Origin: Candidatus Hydrogenedens sp.
GTDB taxonomy: Bacteria > Hydrogenedentota > Hydrogenedentia > Hydrogenedentales > Hydrogenedentaceae
Length of the DNA: 64,000 nucleotides
Assembly: GCA_049968235.1 (NCBI GenBank)
Contig: JBMFRC010000003.1
Span: 160,001 to 224,000 of the forward strand
Reading direction: 5' to 3'
The position numbers and the translations under genes were made by a program. Shown here piece by piece: positions 1-9,918 of this stretch. Positions within the stretch are counted from its first letter, which is position 1; every line of letters begins with the position of its first letter. The notes under the pieces were generated by a model that did no database searches, was not told the origin of the DNA, and saw nothing but the letters and a program-made list of their open reading frames with translations.

Positions 1-4
1 TTTT

Positions 5-370
5 TTGCAAGGCGAACTCCTGAAACCTTTACCCGAAGACATGCCGGATAACTGGGATGAAATTTGCTTGTCTGTATATGCATATCGTAAAGAAGGAGGA
101 AAGATTTTTAATCGTCGTGGAAATCTTCTCTTGACCATGCCCTGGAAAACAGATAGCGGGAAAACAGCCTTAGCGGTTGCAAACGCGGATAATAAAGACA
201 GACTCTTAAAATTTACCATTTCATCCCGAGATTGGCTACTCCCTGACAAAGGCAAAATTATAAAGAATGATATAAACAACTCTATCATTGTAGGTTCCTT
301 TTCGGAAGGAATTATCCATTTCTCACAGATAATTGAGAAACAAGATGCTCTGCTCTTTGAATTTCAATAG
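5..370 (+). CDS. Hypothetical protein; C-terminal fragment, 5' end lies outside the window
   Basis: The ORF runs from the window edge. I recognise no motif. Lys/Asp-rich, 121 aa. Confidence 0.3.
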   Translation: MQGELLKPLPEDMPDNWDEICLSVYAYRKEGGKIFNRRGNLLLTMPWKTDSGKTALAVANADNKDRLLKFTISSRDWLLPDKGKIIKNDINNSIIVGSFSEGIIHFSQIIEKQDALLFEFQ

Positions 371-485
371 AAATGTCGGACTCGTCGGACTTCTATAACA
401 TTTTGTTCATCTCTTTCCCTTTCAGTATAATCAAACATCTCTTTCACCAATCGAATACAGCAATCCACCATAAAGAGGACTTTTT

Positions 486-1613
486 ATGAGCCAATCTAAC
501 GAAAACAATATCCCGTCCCAGAATAATAATGTTACTGTCTCTGTCCCTCGTATATTATCTGTTGACGCTCTCCGCGGATTTGATATGTTCTGGATTATGC
601 AAGGCAAAGAAGTCATTGTTAGTTTCATTATATTAATACTGGGTAGTGTTCCCCCATGGTTGCAGTATCAATTATCTCATCCGGAATGGGAAGGCTTTTC
701 CGCCTGGGACATGATTATGCCCCTATTCCTTTTCATCACAGGAGTAACAATTCCCTTCTCTATGAACAAATATATACAGGGGCAGGGAAGTCATAAAAAT
801 TTTTATATGCGACTCATCCGAAGAGTTATCTTGCTCTGGATTTTAGGTATGATAGCACAGGGCAACTTATTATCTTTTGATATAAATAAACTTCGTCTGT
901 TCAGTAATACATTACAAGCCATTGCAGTGGGTTATTTCATGGCATCGCTCGTGCTTTTATATGTACCATTTCGTTTCCATATATTCATTACACTGTCTTT
1001 GCTCGTTATATACTGGATATGGATGATGTTCATTCCACTACCGGGTGTCGGCAGAGGCATTCTCCTGCCAGAACAAAACTGGGCAATGTATATTGACGAA
1101 TTGATTTTACGTAGATTTCGTGATGGAACACACTATACATGGATATTAAGCGGTCTGGGATTTGGTGCCACTGTTATGTTAGGAACACACGCAGGTTATA
1201 TCTTGCGGAACATCCAGAGTCGATGGAAAACCTTTGGCACTTTAGTCGGTGTCGGAATTTTATGTCTTTGTCTCGGATGGTTATGGTCATTCCATTTCCC
1301 AATTATCAAACACATCTGGAGTAGTTCCATGGTACTATGGTCCGGAGGTTGGTCATTTTTACTGCTGGCTCTATTCTACCTGGTTATGGAAATTGGTGGG
1401 CTAACGACATGGGCTTTTCCCTTTATGGTAATTGGTTCCAATGCAATTATTGCATATATGGGAGCACCCTTTATTAAAGAAGGGATACTATGGATTATCG
1501 GGGACCGGCTTCCTCCCTTTGTTCAACACCATATTATCCCTCTGTCTGTCCTGCTTATTACCTGGAGCATTTTATACTTGCTCTACCGCAAAAAATGGTT
1601 CCTCCGTGTTTAG
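486..1613 (+). CDS. Multi-pass membrane protein, DUF1624/DUF5009 (HGSNAT-like acyltransferase-3) family
   Basis: N-terminal motif 'RILSVDALRGFDMFWIM' is typical of heparan-alpha-glucosaminide N-acetyltransferase-like DUF1624 proteins. At least 9 predicted hydrophobic helices. RBS-like AAGAGGA lies upstream of the ATG. Confidence 0.55.
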   Translation: MSQSNENNIPSQNNNVTVSVPRILSVDALRGFDMFWIMQGKEVIVSFIILILGSVPPWLQYQLSHPEWEGFSAWDMIMPLFLFITGVTIPFSMNKYIQGQGSHKNFYMRLIRRVILLWILGMIAQGNLLSFDINKLRLFSNTLQAIAVGYFMASLVLLYVPFRFHIFITLSLLVIYWIWMMFIPLPGVGRGILLPEQNWAMYIDELILRRFRDGTHYTWILSGLGFGATVMLGTHAGYILRNIQSRWKTFGTLVGVGILCLCLGWLWSFHFPIIKHIWSSSMVLWSGGWSFLLLALFYLVMEIGGLTTWAFPFMVIGSNAIIAYMGAPFIKEGILWIIGDRLPPFVQHHIIPLSVLLITWSILYLLYRKKWFLRV

Positions 1614-1633
1614 ACAAAAATAACGATAGCAAA

Positions 1634-2587
1634 CTATTTCCCGGCTCGCTTTTTCTGGATAGCGGTCATCAAACCCATTGCATTGATACGTGGGTCATCT
1701 CCAAGCCAATTCATTGCCAACTCCACATCCTGCACGCCACACCATTCAATTTGTTCTCGGGTCGCTTCAACAACTCTCGGATACAACCAATCCATCAACT
1801 TCTCATCCGGAACATTTTTATCAAGGGCTGTCTGCATAATCACATTCATTGCAGATAAGGAACGAAGCAAAAAAGTAGAACTATGCAACGGATTCCGGTG
1901 GATACCATAATGGGGTAAAAATACATAGTCTGGGTTTAGTGATACAATCCGCCGAATGGTCTTTTCCTCTTCTATAGGGTCAAAATCAGCCGGGGCTGTG
2001 CTTACAATCATAAATTGTGTTTCATAAGTCTGTGGGTCAGACTGCCCTAATCCGAATGAGTCCCCCGTAAACACACCGTTTGTTTTATCATCATATATGC
2101 AGATATGATGCGTGGCATGTCCCAAAGTATGCATAAAACGAAACCTCCGTTCTCCCCATTTTAGAGTTTCCTCATCCGCAACAATTTGTATTCTATCTTC
2201 CGGCACAGGTTCGATTTCACCAAAAAGTTGCGTAAATAACGGCTCTCCATAAACTGCTCGTGCCCCTTCGATTAACCGTTCCGGTTTCGCAAGAAATTTC
2301 GCCGTCTTCGGATGGGCTATCACTTTCGCATTGGGACAATGCTTCAATAAAGCAAAAGTTCCCCCTGCATGGTCGAGATGAACATGCGTTACAATCAAAT
2401 AATCCACATTTTCCGTTGGTATCGTATGTTCCTGCAGTGCCTTTAATATATAGGGAACAGCAAAAACTGTATTATTATCTACAAAACTCGCCCGATTATC
2501 TTCTATCAACATAAAGGAACATGCCCGCAACGGGACCTGATAATGACAATCAATTGGAACCAATACCTCAGTAAGAACTTTTGACAT
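1634..2587 (-). CDS. MBL-fold metallo-hydrolase
   Basis: Carries the 'THVHLDHAGG' (HxHxDH) metallo-beta-lactamase zinc motif, with downstream His/Asp ligands ('HTLGHATHH'). Confidence 0.8.
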   Translation of the reverse strand: MSKVLTEVLVPIDCHYQVPLRACSFMLIEDNRASFVDNNTVFAVPYILKALQEHTIPTENVDYLIVTHVHLDHAGGTFALLKHCPNAKVIAHPKTAKFLAKPERLIEGARAVYGEPLFTQLFGEIEPVPEDRIQIVADEETLKWGERRFRFMHTLGHATHHICIYDDKTNGVFTGDSFGLGQSDPQTYETQFMIVSTAPADFDPIEEEKTIRRIVSLNPDYVFLPHYGIHRNPLHSSTFLLRSLSAMNVIMQTALDKNVPDEKLMDWLYPRVVEATREQIEWCGVQDVELAMNWLGDDPRINAMGLMTAIQKKRAGK

Positions 2588-2744
2588 CTTTATTCCCTTT
2601 CTTTTCTAGAAAATTTAACATTTACGAATCGAAAAGAATTTCCCTTCCCAAACATTATACCAATAATCCACTTTTCTTACACCCCTGTAAAAACCTTTGC
2701 ATCCCACTTCAATATATTGTTTTATTTATCCGAAAATACAGACC

Positions 2745-3944
2745 TCACTCGAATGTTGGAACTTTAAGCAATTCACCATCTTTGAGTGCGGACTGATGAG
2801 CAATGAAACCCGAAACAGACAGATTTAAAGCCATTGCTACATCAATAAGTGGACGGCGATTCTCGATGATGGAACGGATAAACTCATCCGTTAAATAACC
2901 ATGCGACCCTCCATGTCCACCTGCATGCACTGTCGGTGGTAATGGCGGTTTTTTAATATTGATTTTAGAAACATCTTCTACACCTTCATAGTCTACTCCA
3001 CTCACCGAACCTTTCTGCCCACGAACACGCCCTATTTCTCCTTCAAATCCCGGCGTATCCCAACTAACCGCCATCCGTGCCATGCCACCTTCTTTCGTGC
3101 GAAATAGGGCTATCTCCGTTCCAAAGGGATTATTGTAAACATTATTTTCCTTCAACAAATGCTGAACTTTTGATGGCATGCCCATACACGAAACTTCCGT
3201 AAAATATCCCCCGTTTACACAGATATAATAAGCATTAGAATGTGTGGGATACCATTGCGGAGGAAGACCTATTCTCCACCCCTTATATGAATCCAGTGGT
3301 GTCTCCATATAGTGATAATATTCTCCTTCACAGTAAACCAATTCGCCAAGAGCCCCCGCTTTATATAGGGCCCGCATCGCATAGCAATCATCACGATAAG
3401 CACTGGTTTCCATCAGCATGTAATTAAGTCCTGTTGATTTCACCGTTTCATACAGAGCATACGAATCTTCAAGTGAAGCAAAGGAAGCGGGTACTGCGGA
3501 TGCCACATGTTTACCATGTTTCAATACTTCTATACAATGTTTCGCATGGTTCGGAGCATCTGTAGCAACAAAAACCGCTTCTATGTCCCTGTCTTTTACC
3601 ATCTCCTCCAGAGAGGGATAGGTTTTTGAACAGCGACAATCTTTCGCTAAACCAGCACATCGCTCGGGTATCAAATCTGTAACCGCAACTACCTCTACAT
3701 TGGGATGGTCTTGAAAACCAAATGCAGCACCAAATTTACATAAACCATAGCCGGCAATTCCAACACGAATTTTACGGTCGGAATATGGTTCCCACTTCTT
3801 CTCCGTATCTGTATTTGAGCGTGTCTCATCAAAACCTTTTATAACCTCCTTTTCCGGAGCAGAAAAGGATACATTGCTAACCATCATTCCCATACCCATA
3901 GTAAACCCTTTTAATAATGTTCGTCGTGAAAAATCTCCAAACAT
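2745..3944 (-). CDS. Gfo/Idh/MocA-family NAD(P)-dependent oxidoreductase with twin-arginine (Tat) signal peptide (GH109-like fold)
   Basis: N-terminus 'SRRTLLKGFTMG' is a Tat motif. Rossmann segment 'IRVGIAGYGLCKFGAAF' and Gfo/Idh/MocA-like core follow. Confidence 0.8.
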   Translation of the reverse strand: MFGDFSRRTLLKGFTMGMGMMVSNVSFSAPEKEVIKGFDETRSNTDTEKKWEPYSDRKIRVGIAGYGLCKFGAAFGFQDHPNVEVVAVTDLIPERCAGLAKDCRCSKTYPSLEEMVKDRDIEAVFVATDAPNHAKHCIEVLKHGKHVASAVPASFASLEDSYALYETVKSTGLNYMLMETSAYRDDCYAMRALYKAGALGELVYCEGEYYHYMETPLDSYKGWRIGLPPQWYPTHSNAYYICVNGGYFTEVSCMGMPSKVQHLLKENNVYNNPFGTEIALFRTKEGGMARMAVSWDTPGFEGEIGRVRGQKGSVSGVDYEGVEDVSKINIKKPPLPPTVHAGGHGGSHGYLTDEFIRSIIENRRPLIDVAMALNLSVSGFIAHQSALKDGELLKVPTFE

Positions 3945-4031
3945 ACAAGTCCTTTCTTTATATAATAATTAAATCTATTAAAATTATACCCCTATGCTAA
4001 AATAAAACAAAAATAAAAAAAAGAAATTTTT

Positions 4032-4682
4032 ATGTCCTTAAATATAGAACTGTATAAAAAACGAATTCCTTTCTATCCCATAGACTGGGAAGAATGGCAA
4101 ACGGAGATTTCACAATATATATCCCTGCTTAAAGAATGGAACCCCTTATTAAATCTTGTATCCAAAAATGATCTCGAAAAAAATTGTATTTCTCATATCG
4201 AAGATAGTTTAAGTCTTATACCTTATATTTATAACAAGATGAACAATTATAAGGAAAACCTCTGGTTAGACATAGGCACAGGGGGCGGGTTCCCTGCTAT
4301 TCCTATTCTGTTAACAAAGAAAGATTTCCCGACACTCCTTATAGAAAGAAAATCCAAAAAAGTTGGCTTCCTACAGATGCTCATTTCCCGATTCAAACTA
4401 AAAAATACAAAGGTAGTCTGCGATATTTTTCCTGAATGTTTAGACCATATCAATATCCAGATAGAAAATATAGGTGTGATTACATCACGAGGTATTGAAA
4501 AACCTGAAAAAATGGCTCTGTTTCTGAAGCAATGGCTTCCCCAAAAAACCTGGTTACTATGTCAAACACCCCATCTGGAACAAATATTCGACTCTGAAAT
4601 CTTCCAAAAAGAGATTATTCAAGATGAATTTACAACAATAAATATGCGAAGAGGAAAACTTGTAATAATTCATAGGAAATAA
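4032..4682 (+). CDS. rsmG: 16S rRNA (guanine527-N7)-methyltransferase RsmG (GidB)
   Basis: Motifs 'LLKEWNPLLNLVS', 'HIEDSL' and the SAM-binding 'LDIGTGGGFPAIPILL' match RsmG. About 216 aa, which is typical. Confidence 0.8.
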   Translation: MSLNIELYKKRIPFYPIDWEEWQTEISQYISLLKEWNPLLNLVSKNDLEKNCISHIEDSLSLIPYIYNKMNNYKENLWLDIGTGGGFPAIPILLTKKDFPTLLIERKSKKVGFLQMLISRFKLKNTKVVCDIFPECLDHINIQIENIGVITSRGIEKPEKMALFLKQWLPQKTWLLCQTPHLEQIFDSEIFQKEIIQDEFTTINMRRGKLVIIHRK

Positions 4683-4829
4683 TTTAAAAAATATCTTATA
4701 AATCTTATATGAATACCACGAATACTTTTTAATCCTGCCTATATCGTTATTGTTCATATCGATATATTGATTTTTTCAACTATTTAATCTATTTGTTCCA
4801 TGTATTAAATAAAAATTTGAGAACAAACA

Positions 4830-4865
4830 TGTTAATATGTTAATCTAATGATAACAAGTTAATGT
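4830..4865. promoter_or_regulatory. Candidate operator: direct repeats TGTTAAT-A-TGTTAAT plus a third GTTAAT copy, upstream of the GntR/LacI-like regulator
   Basis: Sequence 'cATGTTAATATGTTAATctaatgataacaaGTTAATg'. The same TGTTAAT-TGTTAAT-AT tandem occurs upstream of gap (50414-50429). Confidence 0.35.
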
Positions 4866-4908
4866 CAGATACCTCTTTTTAATCCTAAACATAAAGGGGA
4901 ACCTGCTC

Positions 4909-5991
4909 TTGATACGATTAAATAAACGAGAACGACTCAGGTTTGTAAAAGAGGACTTAATTAACAAAATCCTCGACCAGTATTATCCACCCGGGTCCGA
5001 TTTCCCATCCGAAAAAATGCTGATGCATGAGTATAGTCTTACCCGTGGATATATCCGACAAATCCTGCATGAATTACAATTAGAGGGATATTTAACAAGT
5101 TCTCAAGGAAAAAGAACAAAGGTATGTCCGCCTGATAACTACAGTCCTTCCCCGATAACTCCCGAACAAACTACCTTCGCTATTGCCATGCAGGATCAAC
5201 AGACTCATCATACTCAACGCATACTTCAGGGATTTATGGAAGTTGCAGGTAAAAATCTTATTCAAACTATTTCCTATAACCTTTACTTTGATATTCATAC
5301 AGAACAAAAGTTTTTGCGAAACATAAAACGGACAGGAATTCATGGTTTTGCTTTCTGGACACATTTTAACAATGAGCAGAATTGTGAACTTCTGCAAAAA
5401 CTGGTACACTCTCATTTCCCTGTTGTGCTTGTTGACCGTTACTTACCCCAAATCTCTATTGATGCCGTAGTTTCGGGTAATGAATATATTGGTGAAAAAC
5501 TAACAGAGACCCTCATCCAAAGAGGACACAAACGAATTGCTTTTGTTTCTGCAGAACTAAATTCCACCAGCGCCTTTGAGAGATATAAAGGGTATAAGAA
5601 CGCCCTCAAAAAGAACCACATCGAGTATAACGATTCATTTTTAGTTGTCAATTATGATAATGAATTACCCCCTTCCCTTTACAGACTTCTTGCGATGAAA
5701 ACACGACCCACAGCAATAGTTTTTTCTTACGATAACCTTGCTCGAATTGCTTATCAGGAAATTACAAAATTAGGGTATAAAGTTCCAGATGAAATTGAAT
5801 TTGCCACGCTCGGAGATGAAGGAATGGCTCAGGCTTATAATTTTCCTGCTTGGATGTTTTCTCAGGACAGTATTAAAATGGGACATCTTGCCTGTGAGAA
5901 ACTTCTACAAAGGATACAAATGCCCGATAAGCCTTTTGAAGTCATCAAACTTCTACCCCATCCATTAGAACCACAGTTATTTGTGCCATGA
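4909..5991 (+). CDS. Transcriptional regulator: GntR-type winged HTH N-terminus fused to a LacI/PBP-type sugar-binding domain (TTG start)
   Basis: N-terminal 'SEKMLMHEYSLTRGYIRQILHELQLEGYL' is GntR-like. The C-terminal ~270 aa resemble periplasmic-binding-protein type I ('KRIAFVSAELNSTSAFERYKGYKNAL'). Upstream TGTTAAT direct repeats may be its operator. Confidence 0.65.
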   Translation: MIRLNKRERLRFVKEDLINKILDQYYPPGSDFPSEKMLMHEYSLTRGYIRQILHELQLEGYLTSSQGKRTKVCPPDNYSPSPITPEQTTFAIAMQDQQTHHTQRILQGFMEVAGKNLIQTISYNLYFDIHTEQKFLRNIKRTGIHGFAFWTHFNNEQNCELLQKLVHSHFPVVLVDRYLPQISIDAVVSGNEYIGEKLTETLIQRGHKRIAFVSAELNSTSAFERYKGYKNALKKNHIEYNDSFLVVNYDNELPPSLYRLLAMKTRPTAIVFSYDNLARIAYQEITKLGYKVPDEIEFATLGDEGMAQAYNFPAWMFSQDSIKMGHLACEKLLQRIQMPDKPFEVIKLLPHPLEPQLFVP

Positions 5992-6044
5992 ACGATATAA
6001 AAAAGTTTTTGTAACACTTAATCCATAATTTAAGGAGTCATATA

Positions 6045-7001
6045 ATGTATAAAAAACAAAAAGGTTTCACACTAATCGAATTACTGGTAGTCATCGCTAT
6101 CATCGGCATCTTAGCAGCCATCTTACTCCCCGCTTTAGCCCGTGCTCGAGAAGCAGCGCGTCGTTCTTCCTGCCAGAACAACCTGAAAGAAATGGGGCTG
6201 GTGTTCAAGATGTATGCAAATGAAGCCCCGGGGGAAAAATTTCCGCGCGTTCAGATGAGAGATTATCCTGGCACCACAATAAAACCGCAGTTTTCATTAG
6301 CACCTGATATAATGTCCATCTACCCGGAATATTTGAATGATGCGAAGATTCTTGTATGTCCTTCCGATACAGATAATAAAATCTTTTTCCGTGATGAATG
6401 TGTTTTCAATGACCCTACAGGACAACTGATAGCAACCAAATACCCGGATGCCCCTGCTTTTATTTACTGGCCCTTTGAACAGGCAGGGCACAGTTATTCC
6501 TATTTTGGTTGGGTATATGACAAATTTGATGAAGACCCAACAGACCCGGAAATCTCTGCAATTGCAAGTCAGATGGGTGTGCAGGTGCCGGCAGGAACAA
6601 AGGCACCTCGACAAATATTTGAGCATTGGGTCAATAAATTGGTTAACTGGTATCTTACAAACAATCAGACGTATTCCGCATGCCAGCCAGATGAAGACGG
6701 AACTGTAAGTCCCGGATTTGGAAATGCTGGAGGCTCCACAATATATCGTCTGCGGGAAGGGATTGAACGATTTCTTATTACAGATATTAATAATCCCGCA
6801 GAATCTTCAAAGGCACAAAGTTCCATATTTATCATGTTGGATAATTACAGTTCTTTAGCCAGTGAATTTAATCATATTCCCGGCGGGTCCAATGTATTAT
6901 TTATGGACGGACATGTTCAATTTATGCGTTATCCCTCAGAACCGCCTATGTTAGCCCGTTTTGCTATCATATTAGGTATCATCCAGAAGGGCGGTTCATA
7001 A
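6045..7001 (+). CDS. DUF1559 'H-X9-DG' protein with prepilin-type N-terminal cleavage/methylation domain (type II secretion pseudopilin-like)
   Basis: Prepilin leader plus hydrophobic helix '[26 protein letters not shown]'. C-terminal '[10 protein letters not shown]' (DG motif). RBS AAGGAG at -10. A close paralog lies at 30837-31808. Confidence 0.85.
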   Translation: MYKKQKGFTLIELLVVIAIIGILAAILLPALARAREAARRSSCQNNLKEMGLVFKMYANEAPGEKFPRVQMRDYPGTTIKPQFSLAPDIMSIYPEYLNDAKILVCPSDTDNKIFFRDECVFNDPTGQLIATKYPDAPAFIYWPFEQAGHSYSYFGWVYDKFDEDPTDPEISAIASQMGVQVPAGTKAPRQIFEHWVNKLVNWYLTNNQTYSACQPDEDGTVSPGFGNAGGSTIYRLREGIERFLITDINNPAESSKAQSSIFIMLDNYSSLASEFNHIPGGSNVLFMDGHVQFMRYPSEPPMLARFAIILGIIQKGGS

Positions 7002-7115
7002 ATTCTGTAATTATCTGAACATTATCAAACAAAGAAAATAAGAAAAAGATCTTGTAGCACAGGCATTCCTCCCTGTGCTACTTTCTTTAAAGGAGATATC
7101 TATGTATAAAAAAAA

Positions 7116-7155
7116 AACCCCTTGAAAAAATACTGTTCCTATTCGTCAAGGGGTT
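7116..7155 (-). terminator. Rho-independent terminator for the minus-strand gene ending at 7161; possibly bidirectional
   Basis: Hairpin AACCCCTTGA-N20-TCAAGGGGTT. On the minus strand it is followed by a 10-nt U-run (plus-strand A-run at 7107-7117). Confidence 0.5.
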
Positions 7156-7160
7156 ATTAT

Positions 7161-7649
7161 TTACGCCAAAATATCTAATGAATGACTATTTTTTACTACC
7201 GCTGTTGGGGTTTCCGTTTTTACACTTTGTTCCACAACAGGTGGATTATCAGGTTTCTGTTGTTCTTTTACTTTCTCCACCTTTTGCGGTAAGAGTGCAT
7301 GATTATCGGAAAGAATCACATCAACCTCTAATGGTTTTTCTTCTTTGGGCATAACTAATTCACGCGGGACAAAAATAGAACCTGTCGGTATAATAGGTAC
7401 AACACCTAACCCGATGGGAATTTCTCCATCTTCATACCGGATAGAGGTTGATGCTTCGTTCTGACGGACTGCAGGTTCTTCTACTTTTTGTTCTTTTCCT
7501 ATCAGACCGTTTGTCGGTTTAACAATCCCTGTTATTATATTTTCCATCATAATGTTCATAAGCCTCATCCTTGAGTTTTCTACATATCCTTCATCTATTC
7601 TATCGGCAAAATTTATATAAACTTTAGTAAATTTTTTATAATTTCTCAT
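7161..7649 (-). CDS. Hypothetical Pro/Glu/Val-rich protein. The shorter start is chosen to avoid a ~100-nt overlap with the divergent PTS IIA gene.
   Basis: The ORF is closed by a good intrinsic terminator. I recognise no family. A longer ORF to 7835 exists, but it overlaps the start of 7729..8220. Confidence 0.35.
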   Translation of the reverse strand: MRNYKKFTKVYINFADRIDEGYVENSRMRLMNIMMENIITGIVKPTNGLIGKEQKVEEPAVRQNEASTSIRYEDGEIPIGLGVVPIIPTGSIFVPRELVMPKEEKPLEVDVILSDNHALLPQKVEKVKEQQKPDNPPVVEQSVKTETPTAVVKNSHSLDILA

Positions 7650-7728
7650 AATAATTGTTTCTGTTAAAACTTTTTTATCCAAATCGTTTATAATTGATGA
7701 AAAACAATATATCTGCTGGTGATTAGTT

Positions 7729-8220
7729 ATGTTTATAGATTTAAGGAAATATATAAAACCAGAGACAGTTTGTGTATATACTGCATCTCTTTCTAAACAT
7801 TCCATTATTGAAAAGATAGCGGACATTGTGTCCACCTGTAATGAGAATTACGCATCATTGAAGCTTTCTATTTACGAAGGATTGCAAGCACGGGAGATGT
7901 TAGGTTCAACCGCTTTAAGCCGTGGGCTTGCTCTTCCTCATTGTAGAGTTGAGTGCATTAGCAATTTCATTGCAGGGATACTCGTCTCTCCTGAAGGTGT
8001 TGCTTATGGTTCTCTCGACGGAAGATTAACTCATGTATTCTTTTTTATCATTGCTCCAAAAGAAAAAACGGATGAATATTTGGGCATCATGGCAGAAATT
8101 GGTGCTTTTCTTGGTAGGGAGGAAAATATAACACTGTTAGCAGAAAGTAAAAATAGCGAGGTCTTATATCAAAACTTTTTGAAATTCTGGGAGGAGTATG
8201 TTAGGAACATTAATCAATAA
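7729..8220 (+). CDS. ptsN: PTS EIIA type-2 (PtsN / nitrogen-regulatory IIA-like) domain protein
   Basis: Motif 'GLALPHCRVE' matches the GxAIPH(A/G)R phosphorylatable-His motif of fructose/mannitol-type EIIA and IIA-Ntr. 163 aa. Confidence 0.65.
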   Translation: MFIDLRKYIKPETVCVYTASLSKHSIIEKIADIVSTCNENYASLKLSIYEGLQAREMLGSTALSRGLALPHCRVECISNFIAGILVSPEGVAYGSLDGRLTHVFFFIIAPKEKTDEYLGIMAEIGAFLGREENITLLAESKNSEVLYQNFLKFWEEYVRNINQ

Positions 8221-9884
8221 TGAGTATAGATTGTGGTTCAAATTCCTGTAGTATTCAGAAAGACATGGGTATTGTTTCAGGTGTAAAATCCATAATTACC
8301 CATCCTAACTCACACTGTCCCTTGTGGAATTCCTTTTTAATTGTAATTATTATATCTGTCTTTGGACAGGTGGTATATTTTGACTTCATCTATTATGATG
8401 ATTACCTGTATACCGTTTCTAAAGCAGAAAAGGGGGATTTATGGACATATTCCTTCTTACACTGGGCTATAACTTCTACAGATGACGGTTTCTGGGCACC
8501 TATAACGAAAATTTCACACAGGATAGATACATATCTGTTCGTGAATAAAGCAGGTGGTCACCATGCGATTAACATTCTATTTCACATTATTAATTCCTTA
8601 CTCCTGTGGCGTTTTCTATGCCGAATTACCGGTGATAAACTGGTGCAATTCTTATCCGTCTGTATCTTTGCAATACATCCAATGCATGTAGAACCTGTCT
8701 CATGGATAGCAAGCAGGAAAGATCTACTTTGCACTTTTTTTCTCTTACTTATGTTATTAAAATACATTGATTGGCAAGAGAAAGGAAGGAAGAAAGATTA
8801 TCTTCTTCTCTTTATTTTCTTTCTCTGTTCCGCTATGTCAAAACCAGTTAGTATCACTTTTCCTTTGCTCCTCCCTGTTTTAGATTTAGTTATTTCAGGG
8901 AAAAACAGTTTTTCTACCATTAAAAATTTCATCTTTTATATACCCTTTTTTATTGTCTCTTTGTTCCTGTTATTTATAACGATTCATTCAGAGCAGGAAG
9001 CGATTATTCCCGTTTCTTTAACTATAAAGGAATGGACTTCCCGGATAATCGCTTCCCTCTCACTATATTTCATTCTTACTTTTATACCTACAAGCATGCA
9101 TATTCCTTACGGGGCAGAGTATTATCCATTTTTTGGTTGGACAAAAGGTATACCTGTATATGACAAGTTTAGCATACTTACGGTTGCTATTATCACAAAT
9201 GTACTTTTTACTTTAATATGGATTTTAATAAGAAGAAAATATAGAGAGAACCTATTGTCCTTTTCTTTCTTCATACTTCCACTTCTACCTGTGATTGGGA
9301 TTATTCCTTTTGGTGACCATCTCATAGCGGACCGGTTTTCATATATACCTCATATAGGCTTGTGTATTCTTATTTGCACATCCCTCACGGGTGTTAAAAA
9401 GATGACCTATATGTTCTCCAATATTTTTTTATCATTTATTATTGTTCTATTTTCTATTAATTCAAAACACTATACATCCCTCTGGGAAAATAGCGAAAAA
9501 CTTTTTAGAAATACATTGAAGTATGAGCCTAATAATTATATAGCACTTTGTAATTTAGGCAGTGCATTGGTCAGGCAGGGACGATATACAGAATCTATTT
9601 CTCATTTACAAAAAGCAATTGAAGTTTATCCATTACGGGTAGGGCCTTACAATGACCTTGCATTCTCTTATCTCTCGTTGGGAAGGTATAATGATGCTCT
9701 TACTCTATACGAGAAGTCACTCCAAATTTCCGGAGGAGACCCAGAGATATTGAGCAATGTTTCTTATCTATTTTTTAAAATGGGTAACTATCAAATGTCG
9801 AAAGAATATGCAGAAAAGGCTTTAAAAGTGAACCCTGGATTATCAAACGCAAGGAAGATTCTTGAACTGTTAAGAACGAAATAA
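8220..9884 (+). CDS. Polytopic membrane protein (PMT/TMTC-like glycosyltransferase-type fold) with C-terminal TPR repeats
   Basis: N-terminal ~430 aa carry 10 or more hydrophobic helices. The C-terminus has TPR repeats ('YIALCNLGSALVRQGRYTESISHLQKAIEVYP', 'YNDLAFSYLSLGRYNDALTLYEKSLQI'). The start overlaps the ptsN-like stop (TAATG). Confidence 0.5.
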   Translation: MSIDCGSNSCSIQKDMGIVSGVKSIITHPNSHCPLWNSFLIVIIISVFGQVVYFDFIYYDDYLYTVSKAEKGDLWTYSFLHWAITSTDDGFWAPITKISHRIDTYLFVNKAGGHHAINILFHIINSLLLWRFLCRITGDKLVQFLSVCIFAIHPMHVEPVSWIASRKDLLCTFFLLLMLLKYIDWQEKGRKKDYLLLFIFFLCSAMSKPVSITFPLLLPVLDLVISGKNSFSTIKNFIFYIPFFIVSLFLLFITIHSEQEAIIPVSLTIKEWTSRIIASLSLYFILTFIPTSMHIPYGAEYYPFFGWTKGIPVYDKFSILTVAIITNVLFTLIWILIRRKYRENLLSFSFFILPLLPVIGIIPFGDHLIADRFSYIPHIGLCILICTSLTGVKKMTYMFSNIFLSFIIVLFSINSKHYTSLWENSEKLFRNTLKYEPNNYIALCNLGSALVRQGRYTESISHLQKAIEVYPLRVGPYNDLAFSYLSLGRYNDALTLYEKSLQISGGDPEILSNVSYLFFKMGNYQMSKEYAEKALKVNPGLSNARKILELLRTK

Positions 9885-9918
9885 AAATAGTAACCCGCAC
9901 TGACGTATCTTACAGGAC

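Noticed and set aside
7101-7124. Mini-ORF ATG-TAT-AAA-AAA-AAA-ACC-CCT-TGA (MYKKKTP*), preceded by AGGAG and mimicking the 'MYKK' start of the adjacent DUF1559 gene
   Set aside because: It is embedded in the poly-A/hairpin of the minus-strand terminator. The resemblance is most likely a coincidence of an A-rich terminator tail, not a leader peptide.
7161-7835. Longer 224-aa version of the minus-strand hypothetical ORF
   Set aside because: It would overlap the divergently transcribed ptsN-like gene start by more than 100 nt. The internal Met at 7649 gives a more plausible gene.
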